The position numbers were made by a program, and so were the translations under genes. Positions 1 through 13,200 of a stretch of 64,000 nucleotides of DNA are shown here, piece by piece (positions within the stretch are counted from its first letter, which is position 1; each line of letters starts with the position of its first letter). The DNA comes from Perna viridis (Eukaryota): NCBI GenBank assembly GCA_037379345.1, contig CM074522.1:10540001-10604000 (forward strand), in the 5' to 3' direction. The notes under the pieces are model-generated. The model made no database searches and was not told the DNA's origin. It saw only the letters and a program-made list of their open reading frames with translations.

Positions 1-54
1 AAGAGGGAGGGGGTCACACCCCTATACTTTGTAACTGATATATAGTCTTCAAAA

Positions 55-115
55 AGTGTCCGGTTTAGACAAGATGTCAGAATTTTCAGGATTTAGTTTA
101 AACAGGGTTCACTGT
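55..115. mobile_element. Right end of a Tc1/mariner-type MITE
   Basis: ...GGTTTAGACA...GTTTAAACAGGGTTCACTG|TA terminus. Related remnants at ~18347 (CAGTGAAACCTATCTAAA) and ~40805-40870. Confidence 0.45.
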
Positions 116-155
116 ACCTCTTAATGTCAACTTTGGCAGGCAAACATTTATTTCT

Positions 156-430
156 AAGGCAAAAAAAAAAGAAGAAAATATTTTTGTTTCCTATTTCCCT
201 ACCGGCCTAGACTGAAACCTGCTGACCTGAAATTTATGTTTACAAAAAAGTCATTTCTGCAACCAAAATTTAGGAAATTTTTCATTTCCGATTCTAAGTT
301 TCTTTTTATTCGGATCCATGTCAGCTTTGTTGATCAAACTCCTTGGAATTTCTTTTTTAAAAAATGCTGACCTACCAATCTGAATTTTTTAAGCAATGAA
401 ACAGGAAACAAACATATATTTTTTTGGCCT
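156..430. mobile_element. MITE with AGGC(A)n..GTTTC terminal inverted repeats (possibly Kolobok-like)
   Basis: Left end TAAGGCAAAAAAAA..TTGTTTCCT is inverted relative to right end AGGAAACAA..TTTTTTTGGCCTAA. Confidence 0.55.
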
Positions 431-2420
431 AACAGTACATCACTTTTCAAATCATTGCAGAGTATTCAAAATTATTCAGGAAAAGTAGATAATAAAACTA
501 TACAACAACAACTAGACAGCATGAAAAATTTTACAGGTACATGTATTATCTTTAATACATTTCATTCTAACATATTACTGTAACTCAGTAAACAAAATTA
601 CAATTTCAACTTATGATTTATGATTATCTCCCTTTGTTAAATTCAAAATATACAAGAATCAATTATATAATATAAAGCTGAGATCAATTCTATATGAAAT
701 TATATATTTTTTACACCATCACTACTCATAGCACTAAAATATGGGAAAATAATGGAATGTCTATGCTAAAAAAGGGGGAGTGAGAAATTGACACAATTGT
801 TAGTCACTTGTTAAAAATCACCATTAGAGCACCATACCTGTAATTACACTGTAGTATGTACATGCACATGTATTAAATGTTCATGTATCAAACCTTGGCA
901 TAATAAGAAAAAAAAGTTATCATATCAAGAGTAAAACTAAAGATGACATGTTGGGATTTTTCTCATTTAAATAGAAGAATATAAGTAAAATGTCAACTTA
1001 AAATACCAGTCACATCGTACATGTCATCAGACAAATTCTAATTTTTATTGAACCAAAATAATTTTCTAAATTTTAATGCATTTTATTGTAAAAAATGTAT
1101 GTACAAAAATTTATTTGTGATTCATTGTAAACTTAAAAAAAAAAAAATAGAATTTGATCTTCCAAACATTAACTTTCAACCCCTACCTGACTGAAATGAA
1201 ACTTTATGGCACTGGAGAACTCTTTATTTTCAAACAAAATTCTGATAGAGTAAATGTTTTCAAAACATGACACCTGTACATGTATCTACAAATATAAATG
1301 TAAATGTATGTAAAAATACATGTAGAAGAAATGACAATAGTTTGTTGCATATACAGTTTGTGTACCATCAGGCTTAAGTATCAGTTAAAATGTATACAGA
1401 GTAGTTGTAGTTTATAATAATATACTTAAAACAAGAAATGAAGAAAAAAAAGGAATCACATAAAATTCAATTTGATTGTACATCTACATTTGAACAGTTA
1501 TTCAACTAAAGAGGCGGATCCAACTGAAGGCCCCTTGTGCTAGAATAGTTTGTTTAATTGTATAGAAAATCACTGTATATCACAAGATCAACTCACTCTT
1601 AGGGCAGTAAGCAAGGCCTTCCCTTTGAGAGGAATTTCAGGTTCCCCCCACTGTTCAACCATTCCTAATATGGCTTTTAAATTCTCTTTGAGTTGAATAA
1701 TGTGAAATCAAGGTTAATTTCATTAAAAATTGCTTAAATTTATTGTAAGTCTGTTAAAAACAATGCAGTATTGCTACCAAGAGGATATACATGTACATGT
1801 TAAAGAAAAAAGTGCAGTATGCTTTTTAAATATCTTGGTCAAATGTCTAAAAACTCTTTTAGGTCAACTCTCAAATTCTCTGAAAATTTGCCACTAAAAA
1901 TAACTGAACAATCAATGACGGTTACCCAGAAATAAGTTAAACCAACTACATGCTCATAATAAAGATAAAGGTCAAGTTCTTCTTAAAATATTAGTTAACA
2001 AAACACACAGACAATTAAAAAGCAATGACTTAAATCTATTATAAAGAAGACAGAAATCTTCCATACAGCACCTTTTTAATTTATACTAAGTCAAACATTT
2101 TATGACTTTGAAAAAATGTGTGTTCACAATCAAATTCTTTTTCAATGGATCCAATGATAAAAAATACATTAACATACAAAACCACATTAAAATAATTTGA
2201 CACAGTACATGTACTACTTAAAAGAATATTTAACATCTTTAACAATGTGTTTTGTTTGAAACACGGAGAGAAAGAGAAATTGTACAGAATAAAATTTGCA
2301 CCAAGACCATCAAAAATCATTATTTGGTGTTGGTAAAAACTAAGTGAACAAATTAATAACAATTTTTAAAAAATAACAAAAAATAACAAAAACAAATAAC
2401 AAAAGACAAAACAACATGGT

Positions 2421-3454
2421 TCAGTTATGGGGTGAACGTTTTCCCTTCATATATTCTGTCCATCGTTTGGCTGTAGCTGAAAACAGAGGGTCACTGTCTA
2501 TTAAACTCAACTGATTCAACTGGTTAATATGGACTGTGTGGTAATCCCATCTAGCTCTATTTGGTGCAATACCAAGGGTCAAATGTCGTAGGTCATAGAA
2601 AGTCCCTGACCCTGAGTCAAACATTAATAGCATTTTTTTCAAAGATATCATTCCTTTGTCATATAATATTTTTGCTTTCTCAGCACCTTTACCCACGGCT
2701 ACTTCTTTCACATCATATAAACCAATCAAAGAGTATATAAATCCATTCAACACATAACTAGAAGGTTTTGTTGGATATTCTTCATACCAGTCATAAACAC
2801 CGGCAAACTTAGTCAGTACACCACCTTCAGAACTACTTATTTCATATATATCAAGCGCTCGCTCTGCAGCGTCTAAATATTTCTGGTCTTTTGAAACAAT
2901 ATATGCTCTCACTAATAATGAAATAGATTGACCTTGACCCATGGCTGAGTACCACCCTGGCTCAAGTTCAACGACACTAGGAACGAACTTTCGTTGGACC
3001 ATGATTGGCCAACCTCCTTTATCATCTTGTTTGTTTACAAGGTAGTTAGCAGCATCAAAGAAATGATCGATATGAGCCGCAGTGGATATTGTCACATTAT
3101 CAATAAATCCGTGACCTCGTAAACACAGAGCTGCTATCCTAGCATTTCTCTTAAACTTGGCAACTTTCCCTTTGGTCATAACAAGCTGTAAACCTTTAGT
3201 AAAATCATTCATTATGATTCTGGTGATATGTAGCCACTGGCCAATTGCTCTAGAACCAAGGCCTATGAACATTTCACGTTTCTGAATGTGTATTAATGTA
3301 TCCCCTAAAATATAATGTATTCTGAACAAGTTTCCATCCCCTGTACGTAACAGCACCGTCAAACTGCCATTGGTGATGAATTTCACATCTAATGACAAAG
3401 TAGTCAGTTTCTTTTCATCCATAGAAATAGTTATCCCAGGATTTTTCATGCTTT
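2421..3454 (-). CDS. GLCE: D-glucuronyl C5-epimerase, last coding exon (5/5), catalytic C-terminal domain
   Basis: The 342-aa ORF has GLCE motifs WYSAMGQGQ, WYEEYPT, LNGFIYSLIGLYD, GSGTFYDLRH, PNRARWDYHTVHINQL and KGKRSPHN-stop. Acceptor tttcag|AAAGCATG at 3454, phase 1. Confidence 0.97.
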
Positions 3455-4159
3455 CTGAAATAAGATGTCAGGAACATTGTTATACATTAAAGTTTAACTA
3501 ACTTTCTCCCATTCTAAGCTAGAGACTAAAATGAATGTAACCTTTTAACCAGTGGGTAGTGATTGAATTTCTGTGTTTTCTTGCCATTTTACAAATTTCC
3601 CAGTTTTCTTCAGATTTAATCGGTGAAACTGATTCTCGTTCAGTCCATTATTCTAACTTCAACATACATGTACCAGAAATAGGAATAAGATTTTCAACAT
3701 ACATGTACCAGAAATTTTATTTGATAAACATTTTGAAAATTTCAGCAGAAAAATCTAAGATTATAATGTATGAAGTTAACTTAGACAAAATAACCGAACT
3801 TGCCCCTAGAGACAAATCAATCAGAAGTTATGTCACAGTTCTAATCAAATAATTTTCATCTTTTACCAAGAGAAACTTCAATCACCATTTCATGCTGCCC
3901 ATCTGTAATGACATATACCAGAAATAATAGACTGTAATGGAAGCAAAAGGTTAAGCAGACAATAAAACCTGGCTTAACCCAACTTTCAAGTCAGGGCCAT
4001 TGCAGTGGTTTCCAACTTTTACAGTTTTTACCCTGATATTGCCATTTGTTGAACACAATCTCCTTTTAGACTATTCCTTTAGACTACTGCCTAGATTTTA
4101 TCAATTTGGTAATTTGGTATTACCCTTCATTAAGTAACTGAACAATTATAATACTTTAC

Positions 4160-4399
4160 CTGAAGTATCAAACTCTAATAAACTGTTATCAATGAAGTCT
4201 TCATCAGTTTTAGTGACAAGCTGTGATTTCCTGTCCGGCAGTAACCATGCCGATGTATCACCAGTCTCACCATTCTCTAGGACCTGGACTTTTGGTTTAG
4301 GTCCAGACAAGTGCTTGCTAAAATGACTCAAACCAAACTGGGCTATCTGTATCGGGTAATAGTGTCCTTCAGGAGTCCACTGGGTTGATAAAGGAACAC
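4160..4399 (-). CDS. GLCE: GLCE coding exon 4 (240 nt)
   Basis: Encodes (G)VPLSTQWTPEGHYYPIQIAQFGLSHFSKH...FDTS. Acceptor tttttag|GTG, donor TCAG|gtaaag, phase 1-1. Confidence 0.95.
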
Positions 4400-4671
4400 C
4401 TAAAAATTAAAATTGGTATGTGCAAAATAATGGTACAATGTAGTAATGTTTGATATTGTTCTTCAGGACTTACAACCTGTGGTCAATGATAACTTGTATA
4501 AAGAGATAGAAAGTTGTGACTGAAGATCAATGCACCTCTGGTTAAAAATGAAATAAGGTAAGGTGCAAAAATAAGTTTCATATACATGTACTAATATACA
4601 TAATACATTCATCTTACTTCTTTCTGAAAATTATTTGGAACATTTAAATATGAAGGTGTGTCCATATAGTA

Positions 4672-5062
4672 TAAAAATAGTCTTGTTTCCCGCTACAAGC
4701 CAGAAAAAAAGGGTAGGTACGTAGCTACATACATTTTTTTGTAGGTACTGAAATTACAGACATGGTTTTATGGAACCTACCAAAAAAACGAAAACTGCCA
4801 AATCTGAGGTAAACATATGGTAAAAAAAGAACCGTAATGGAAAATTAGGATTTGAAAAAGCAGAATTCTGTTTTAAAATGGAATAAAATCATATCTGAAA
4901 TTATTTTATTTTTCAAAAACATATTACATTGAGTAGATGGAGAAACAATTTAGATTTAAAAAGTGCTTGAGCCAAAATGGACATAGAATGTTTAGAGTAG
5001 GCACAAAAAAATAAAGTAAATAGGGTAGCAGGAAACAGACATTTTTATTTTTTTTTTAAGCT
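4672..5062. mobile_element. MITE of the same family as 25454-25686, in a GLCE intron
   Basis: Shares ATAGTCTTGTTTC..GCTAC, GGGTAGGTA, GCTTGAGCCAAAATGG and GGAAACAGACA..TTTTTT with the 25.5-kb copy. Confidence 0.6.
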
Positions 5063-5317
5063 CCACAAAACACATTAGGATATGGGCCTTAGGAGAACAG
5101 GAAGCTGATAATGCCACTGATACATTATCCAGAAGATTCATTCTCTTGTATACAGGTCTGACATAGGTTGAAAAATGGGTGACACAAAACAATATCCATC
5201 TTTTACATCCAAAATCACAAAAAAAGCTGCCATCTCAATGTTTCATTACTTTTAACAAAAATTTAATACTATTCTGGGTGATAGAAGTATTAAGTCCTTT
5301 AACTGTACTATATTTAC

Positions 5318-5489
5318 CATACTGTCCTGTCAAACATTTAACTCTGTTCCTTTCCTCAACGTTGTAAAATTCAAAGGACATGAAGACGCCTCCTGGTGAG
5401 TATTCCTCTGGAATGGGATGAACTTTGGAATAACTGTGTTGAAATTCAAACCTATCATAACCATCATAGGATTCTATGGACCCATATAC
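5318..5489 (-). CDS. GLCE: GLCE coding exon 3 (172 nt)
   Basis: Encodes [23 protein letters not shown]...[24 protein letters not shown]. Acceptor tacag|GTA, donor TATG|gtaaat, phase 0-1. Confidence 0.95.
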
Positions 5490-6052
5490 CTGTATAATAC
5501 AAGATTTTATGAGACATGTATGATGACTCACATTATCAACAGAATGCTGTGAAGTTATTACACAATTCTACCTAAATCAACATTATCTTTGTCTGCCCCT
5601 TTACTGACTCGTACTGTTCACTCTGGATAGGGTAGTAGTTCAAATAAAAATTCAGAATCCCAAAATATGGATTTAAAGCAATCAATATTGGTGTATACAT
5701 TCACACTAAAAAGACAAGAAAATTCCTATTTTTTGTGTAGTAAGATTTCTTAATCTCACCCACGGGTTGAAACGCTTTCCTGTAAAAAATTAGCACAATT
5801 GAATAAAGAGTTAATGAACGATCATATCTTACCAATATTGAGTATGTGTTTGAAAATTCTTTTAAAATAATAGTCATATCAAGAATAACTGGTGATTGAT
5901 CTTTTCTTGCAGTTTGTTTATATTGTTTTGAAGTGACCTAAATTTTACACCTGGTTGTGAGGTATCCCTGGCCTGATATGTCATGATCAGCTGATAAATG
6001 TAGGTCATTTCAATTTAAACATTTTACTGGAAAACGATTCAAAATGAGGAAA

Positions 6053-6295
6053 AAGAATCAAACACCAGCTTTTCTCGTGCAAGGTCGGGAAATCTCAGAC
6101 AACCGAGGGTAAGATGTAATAGTTCTTGAACTCAGCGAAGCATCGTTAAAGAACGATTAAATCTTACCCTTGGTTGTCTGACATATCCATAACCTGCACT
6201 CGTACAGGTGTTAGATTCTTAACATTTCCCTAACTTGCACTCTTACAGGTGTTAGATTCTTAACATTTCCCTAACTTGCAGTCGTAGATTCTTAA
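6053..6295. mobile_element. Palindromic MITE with tandemly amplified right end
   Basis: AAGAATCAAACACC...CAGACAACCGAGGGTAAGAT pairs with ATCTTACCCTTGGTTGTCTG...GGTGTTAGATTCTT. The last ~41 nt recur once in full and once in shortened form (6221-6295). Confidence 0.7.
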
Positions 6296-6744
6296 TATCT
6301 TTTCAAAGATGAGAAATGATTTTTGTTGAAAGATGAGAATGAACATTATTTGGGTAGTGTAGAGTCTTTCTTTCATTTGAAGATAGAAAAAGGGCATATG
6401 AACATACTTTTAATTTAGACGACCTTCTTTTTTCTCTAAAACATTTTCTCATTTGATAAGCTTAACTTTTTAAAGAATATCATGGAACTATGATAATATT
6501 GCCAGCATGTATTATTCACCTGTATTTATTTAACTCATTCTATTTCCACAATAATGAGAAAAAAGTTGCAAATGTTTGTAGACCTTTTCATGTCTTTTTC
6601 ATTTGTATTGGGTTGTTTTTGTTTAAGCTAGGAGAATTTAACAGTCGTATGAAGTTATGTGTAACTATGAAAATTTAAAAAGGTTCAATACAGAAATAGA
6701 GTTGTGTCCCTTGATTTATTCAATGCTTTAATTTAGACATTTAC

Positions 6745-6922
6745 CTCAAAATATCTCTGTAAGAATGAAAATGGCATATAAACTTCTTTTCCTTCTCTTC
6801 TACATTTAAGTGATTCCTCTCCATTAATGACACACTCTATCTCTCGAAATTTCATTGCATTTTTATTCATTTTTTCTTTGAAAGACTGGGCAACCCTGGG
6901 TTGAAAGCCTACACCATCCTCT
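6745..6922 (-). CDS. GLCE: GLCE coding exon 2 (178 nt; absent from the ORF track)
   Basis: Manual translation gives EDGVGFQPRVAQSFKEKMNKNAMKFREIECVINGEESLKCRREGKEVYMPFSFLQRYFE, which has the GLCE EIxCxIN..CRREGxEVYxPFSxxxxYFE motif. Acceptor tacag|A, donor GAG|gtaaat, phase 2-0. Confidence 0.92.
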
Positions 6923-8677
6923 CTGTAATTAGATCCAAAGATGGAAAATTAAACAACATAAAAACATACCAGGTGACCAAATTAAATGAGAAATTGAATA
7001 GATATAATAAAGTTGTAAATCTCACACTTATACATAGACAGAAACCCTATCATGATAAATTTCAGCATACTAATTTGTATAAAATTATCATAATGTGAAT
7101 GGCTAATTATCTGACACTTGACCCGTGTTTTACCTTGTGTCCTTAGGTTTTTTAGTGTCATGAAAAGCAGTCACCTGTTCATCTGAGAAAGACAGTCCAC
7201 ACATTTGTACTTTCACTTTCTATTTAAGATGCATAAATGTGCAGTGCTAAGGAACTATAAGTATACACGTACATTGCACACCACTTTTAAAAATAGGTCT
7301 CTTTCTCAACTTACAATGTAATTTTATATGGTCAACATTAATCACATTTATATGTAAATATGTACATGTTATCTTGGCTTCAGTTCATCAATTACATACA
7401 AGTTGACAAACATGTACAGTATAAAATTTTCAAAACTATATACAATGTACATGTATTTATGTACAAATGTAGTTAAAACAGTTTGAAAATATGATGTACT
7501 GTACAGTTACAAGTAATGTATGTATTCCCAACAGAAACAGCATTGCAAAGCAAAACCATAAATTTTGCCCTTTGACCTTAATATTTAGCCTACATGCACA
7601 TTTTCATTTGTTTGCCTTGAATTAAATATCTATTTATAGAGTTCTAGATTTCCTTATGGAAAAAATAAATATACCAAATTTTGTCAAAATCCATTGAACA
7701 GTTGAAGAGTACAGATAGAGTAACAATACAACAGTAGTTTACATGTGCAATGTATATTCCTGGAGGAAAAATTAGCACCCTACCACTGATCTACATGTAC
7801 AGTGTATATTCCTGGAGTCAAAATTAGAACCCTACCACTAATTTACATGTACGACAAGTAAAAGTCAATGCCATGCAAGCCTGACCCCTTTAATTTTTTG
7901 TTTTGCTCTGTTTCAATATATACATGTATACAAACTGTATCATAATGGCAAGTATACTTCACCCTGGGCCAGTTCAGTTTCTACAAATCTTGCTGGCTCA
8001 ACCAGTTGGGCAAATATTCTTTTTTTAATGCTAGATACATGTATTTAATTTGTTGGTGTATAAGAATATAAGAAGGCTTTCATAACAATTGCTGGTACTA
8101 AAGTTAGAGTAGACCTTTCCATGTCTAAATAATCTTACCTAACAAGAATATACATGTACAAATGTACATGTAATTATTAATTTTTTTTTTTTTAAATTTC
8201 GAGAAAAAAATTTAATTTGAACCTCTTATTTCCCTCTTCCTTAACAATCCCAAAATTTAAATCTATACATGTAATTGACAACAATGCTTACTCATTTTTT
8301 CGTTATTATTAATTTCCTTCCTATCAAATTGATCAATTAAGTACTATATGTACATCAAATATTACTTGTACAATTTTGTAAAGTGAACACTTTTTACTGC
8401 ATCTTCCAGTACATTGTTCCGATATTTTACTCACGTAGTAACAGTACAAATGCAAGACTTTTTAATGAGAAAGTGAATGAACACTTCCCTGTTTTTTTGT
8501 ATACTTTCATTGTACATAGGGGATTATCATTAAGAAAAAGGACACTCTATTGTGCTTTATCAGAATTTAAATGTCTTGGTACTAAGAATTTTCCTCATTT
8601 AGGGTAAAAAGATGATACAACTATTGTTTTCTACCATTTCTCAAGAAAGCATCCAATATAAGACTTATGAATATGTA

Positions 8678-9006
8678 AGAGTAATCAAGGGGACCGAGAT
8701 TCTAGCGGAAATCAAAAGAATGTAATCCAGGGACAATGAGCAGATATGGAAAACAGACACACACAACAAAGAACATAAAATAACCCAGGGATTGAATTTC
8801 GAAACTTTTTCCACCAGCTAACTTTAGCATGTACTGAAAATTTACACTTGCTAAACTTAAGTTTTGTGGGTTATTTCTGGACTTTACCTATATGATATAG
8901 ATAATTCCACTAGCAAATTTTAGCAAGTGGATATAATTTCTACTAGCAAAAACTGGGGGCATGGACCAGATAAACCAGTAGGGTAAGGGTCCTCTGCTTT
9001 TCAAGA
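8678..9006 (-). repeat. Dispersed family A copy (Penelope-type 3' repeat), interrupted at ~8785-8947
   Basis: AGAGTAATCAAGGG..AAGAATGTAATCCAGGGACA..ACACAACAAAGAACATAAA, resuming at AAAAACTGGG..GCATGGACCAG..GTAGGGTAAG.GTCCTCTGCTTTTC. Strand convention: + is the GCTTACCCTACCGGTGCACCTG orientation. Confidence 0.75.
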
Positions 9007-9937
9007 ACTCATGGTAAGGTACATACACATGTATGTACAAAAAATATGTTACATGCATCTAATACATTTTCGTATAAACACTTAAGTAGTTTTTCATGTT
9101 TTCCTCAGTTTTAGGTACATGAAGCTTGAAACAGTTTCAAGTGTGTATGCATGAACATGCAATTCCCTCGACCCTATCCATATGATACTAGTATGTTTTG
9201 TAGTAAATGTAGTTCCTGGGTATAACATAATTAGTTCAAGTGAACACTTGTAAACATAAACATCTCACTGTGATATAATGTGTACATTAGTATTCGTATG
9301 ATAAGTGACACACTTAAGGATACTTATCATACTCAATATAAGGCATGTACATTTATGACATATTGTGAATTACATTACATATAATGGATGAATTACAATA
9401 GCATATATATCTATTTGAATCTATTTTTGTACAAAATCTACACAAAAGTACAACAACTCTAGGGCCTAATCTACATGTACAGAGAAAAATTAGCAAATTC
9501 ATCTTCTTGCTTGTGCTCGCTCTTCCCATTTGTCTTGGACAGGAAGAAGTTTTGTAATAGATATTACATAGACAAAAATGCCAATGTTGTTATTTTCCAA
9601 ATAGATTTTACTTAAACTTCTTCTATTCATCGATGTCCAGATAAGGCCCTATCAGACTACTTGCTGACTTCTTTTGGAAGAGGTGTCTATTTCTTTACTG
9701 TGTATTTTATTATGTACAGTACATGCATACTTTCATACAGACTTTTACATGTATAGATCTATTACTTTTACATTCTTAAGTTACCTTATTTTCAAATTTT
9801 ACATGAACATGTACAATGTAGTTTGTGGTTACAAATGAACCTATACATGCACATACATGTACACTGTATATGTAACATTCTATTAAAAAAATACAAGTTA
9901 ATGCATTAAAATTATACATTGTACTTGTGAAACATAC

Positions 9938-10053
9938 TGATAGAAATTGTTGTCCTTGAAAGCCATATCACAGCTGCCCCACTGGTAGAATGTAATCATA
10001 ATGGAACATGCTGATACAGCAAAAACAGCAGTCTTTAAGGACACCCTGGCCAT
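9938..10053 (-). CDS. GLCE: GLCE coding exon 1 (start codon, type II membrane anchor)
   Basis: Encodes MARVSLKTAVFAVSACSIMITFYQWGSC..., similar to the GLCE N-terminus (ARVxxKT, hydrophobic stretch, W..C). The phase-2 donor CA|gtatgt matches the next exon. The acceptor tttcag|G at 10071 implies an upstream non-coding exon. Confidence 0.88.
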
Positions 10054-11189
10054 CTTCAATCTATTGTCATCCTGAAAATACAAATAAAAAATTATCTACC
10101 TGCAAGTTCTTTGTGCACAACTATGTACATGAATTTTCAGTATAATAACTCCATGACTTTGGATTTTAACAGACTGGTGCTTTTAATGTATCACATTACA
10201 TGTGCATGTACTTGACAGTTACAGTTGTATGTTTTGAACTATTTTACCTAACACAGTAACAGTCTTACAACTTCCATCTGTACATGTTGTACCTGTCTTA
10301 AAAAATTAAATGTACATGTATATACAAGTGTACATGTTTATGTTGAAGTAAGACATTTGACAATGGACTGTTTACAATTTTTAAAGTTACATGTACTGAT
10401 AGATCCACTAATACAAACATGAAGCTTGTAGCTGAGCAAACAGGGGTTCAAATTTGTGGTGGTCCAAGGTCTGGGATCCTTAATTACTAACCCAAGACCT
10501 TCAAAATTCCATTTGCCCAGGTTTGCTACATTCAACGTTATTTATTTACACTTTAAATTTTATACTCAAGTGGGCTATTGTTTTGAAACATGAAAAAGTC
10601 CAGGACCTTCCACTATTGCCAGTTTGTTTGGACCTCTGATGTAAAAAAAGGGTATATAGATGTTTCACCCTAATTAACTGTTCACCCTGATTCTATTTGT
10701 TACAATGTTGGTATTTTATCACATAAATCTGACCTGGATACAAATACAAATATACAAACACATTTACAATGAATAGTTATGATGCAATACACAAATCTCA
10801 ACATACAAGAAATGACAGTTCTAATGATAACCATATTGAAAAACTGGAGCGGAGGTGCCTTAAACTAAAACATGTACTTTATTTCAGTGACTAGGCTAAA
10901 CATTTATTTACATATTCAATATGGCCTTTAGAATAACCAAAAGGTTACTGTTTAATATTACAGATATATTATTTATTGAGAAGAAACTTTTGTCTATGTT
11001 TTTTTTTTTATAAAATGAGAATGAGAGTGAAATTAAAGTTATTTTTTTTTATATATTTTTTTGCTTTATTATCCAACATTCTGAGAGCTGTTGAAGTACT
11101 AATACAAAATCTCAGCTCAGAATAAATACATTTAATTTTTTAGAATAAAATAATAATGATACAATACTATATACATGTATTACTAGTCT

Positions 11190-11425
11190 AAGAGTAATCA
11201 AGGGAACCAAGGTTATAGCGGTAATCAAAAGAATGTAACCCAGGGGCAAAGACCAGACATGGAAAACAGATATACACAACAAAGAACATTAAGTAACTAA
11301 AATCATACATACAAAGTAACAAAAGCAAATGAGCAACTCGGACTACACTAAAAACTGGAAGCATGGACCATGTGCACCTGTAGGGTAAGCGTCCTCTGCT
11401 TTTCTAGAAACACCTGCCGAGTTGA
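11190..11425 (-). repeat. Dispersed family A copy
   Basis: Near-identical to the reverse complement of 34608-34826. Confidence 0.85.
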
Positions 11426-13200
11426 AAAGTCAAGTCCAAATAATTACGCAGTGTTGGGAGGCTAATTTTTATTAATTTTTATTCTGCTCAGTCTCTTCAA
11501 ACGTCAGATTTAAAACGTCATGATAGCGAGCCCCGCGAAGCAGTGTGAGCTCTACGGTTATTACGAGTACTTTCTAAATTTCCCTCAAGATTCCCCAATA
11601 TACTAACCAAAAAAAAGTCAAGTCCCGGAAGTAGCAAAAAGTTACTGTCCTTACGGAAAAAATTCATCATTTCCTTCAATGAAACAAATAAAAAAATATA
11701 GGTTAAGATTATGTTTCAGTAAAAATAAATTCATCTTTTCTGACAGTTTTTTAGTCTTTTTCTATTTTTTTTTTTACTTATTTAAAGGAGTGAATGTTAT
11801 GTTTTCAAAAACTTCGGGAAACATGTGGATGTGTATGTACGTGTACATTTTGTATCTCCGCTGTTCCACTGTTGCTGTTGTCAAGAACCTAACCTGCCTT
11901 GGAAAAAAATATAACTCAAATAGAATTATTAACATCGAAGCATAGCTTTTCTAAGATAGGAAAGGCAATCATTTTCTTGTTAAGAATTTACAGCTGTCGT
12001 CTGCATTTTGTTTATGTCACGATATGTATAAAATATTCCCACCATCCATGGAGAACTGTAATATTACCGGTATCTGTACTGATCTGTCCGGCCAAAACTG
12101 AAATGGATACTGCTAGAGATGCCCTTAAGGGATAAAAAATGTACAGTATTGGGAAGTGCTATAAAGTTATTGACCATTTTGAGTGTGAGGGGAAAGGGGG
12201 TATGGGGTTGGAATTTTGCGAGAAAAAAAATTGTTCAAGTTATTCATTCATTAAAAAGATCTTCAAATAGAAATATTGATTTTGCTTGCATCTTAAATGT
12301 AAATAAAAATACTGCGCTTGCAGAGCAAATATTTTCATCCGGGTTGACCCCCCTCTATGTGATATCTTTTATTATTTTTACGAGTCTCGCACAGATGGTA
12401 CACGTATGGTAAAGCTCACGGTTCTCGCTGATTTAGGCAATGCCTACCCCATATTATTCTTAACTATGAAACGAGACAGAGAGGAAAAAGCAATCATAAA
12501 TAAAACTATTCAATAAAAAAAAAACAATATTGCACTGGTACATTGCATATCTGTCATATTCAGATTTAACATGTTTCCACACTGAACACAAAAAAACTCT
12601 GTCCTTACCCATTGCTTATATGTTAGAAATTCCAATTTCACGTCATCTTTTGACACTCTTTGTTTCAAAATCCTTCAAATTATCAAATCAACAAATACTC
12701 GACAAAAATGTATACCAGATGCCACACATAACTCAGTCAAACCGGAAACTAAGAATGTAGCCAAGGGAGATAAATCGATAGCAGACAACACAGGTGAAAT
12801 GTGTGTACAGGTGCAAAATTAAATTACCTGTCTTCGTTCTGTGACACATTAGAGTATTAACTGTCATATATGGTAAATGATATAGCCTCAAATTAAACAA
12901 ATGAGAAAACACTTTAATTGTCACTCTCTAGACCGGATAATCTTCGTTTGTTGGGGCCTTTTTTAAAATTAGGCACTTGTCTTTTAAGTTAAAAAATTAT
13001 CCCTAAACAAAATGAAACTTATGATTAATTTCTTTTGAGACAAATGCCTGTGTACCACGGAGTTTATAATACTTATGACAGTCCTTGGTCAAACGTTAAT
13101 GCGGTAAAGGTGAGAAAGAAAAGAAAAAATAGTCTCACAAGAGGGATAATTTTGACTACTATGTGAGTGTTACTCGCTATAATTACTTATAAGTATACTG
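11300..13200. promoter_or_regulatory. CpG-rich putative GLCE promoter / first non-coding exon region, possibly bidirectional
   Basis: Local CpG excess between two CpG-poor domains. ETS-like CCGGAAGT (11625) and ACCGGAAA (12741), CRE-like CACGTCA (12639), minus-strand donor ATGG|gtaagg at 12609. Part of the CpG signal may come from TE fragments. Confidence 0.45.

Noticed and set aside
1040-1745. GLCE polyadenylation site
   Set aside because: There are several minus-strand AATAAA hexamers (~1045, 1083, 1110, 1223, 1739), and none can be chosen without transcript data.
2081-2362. 93-aa ORF downstream of the GLCE stop
   Set aside because: Low-complexity AT-rich 3'UTR sequence with no recognisable domain.
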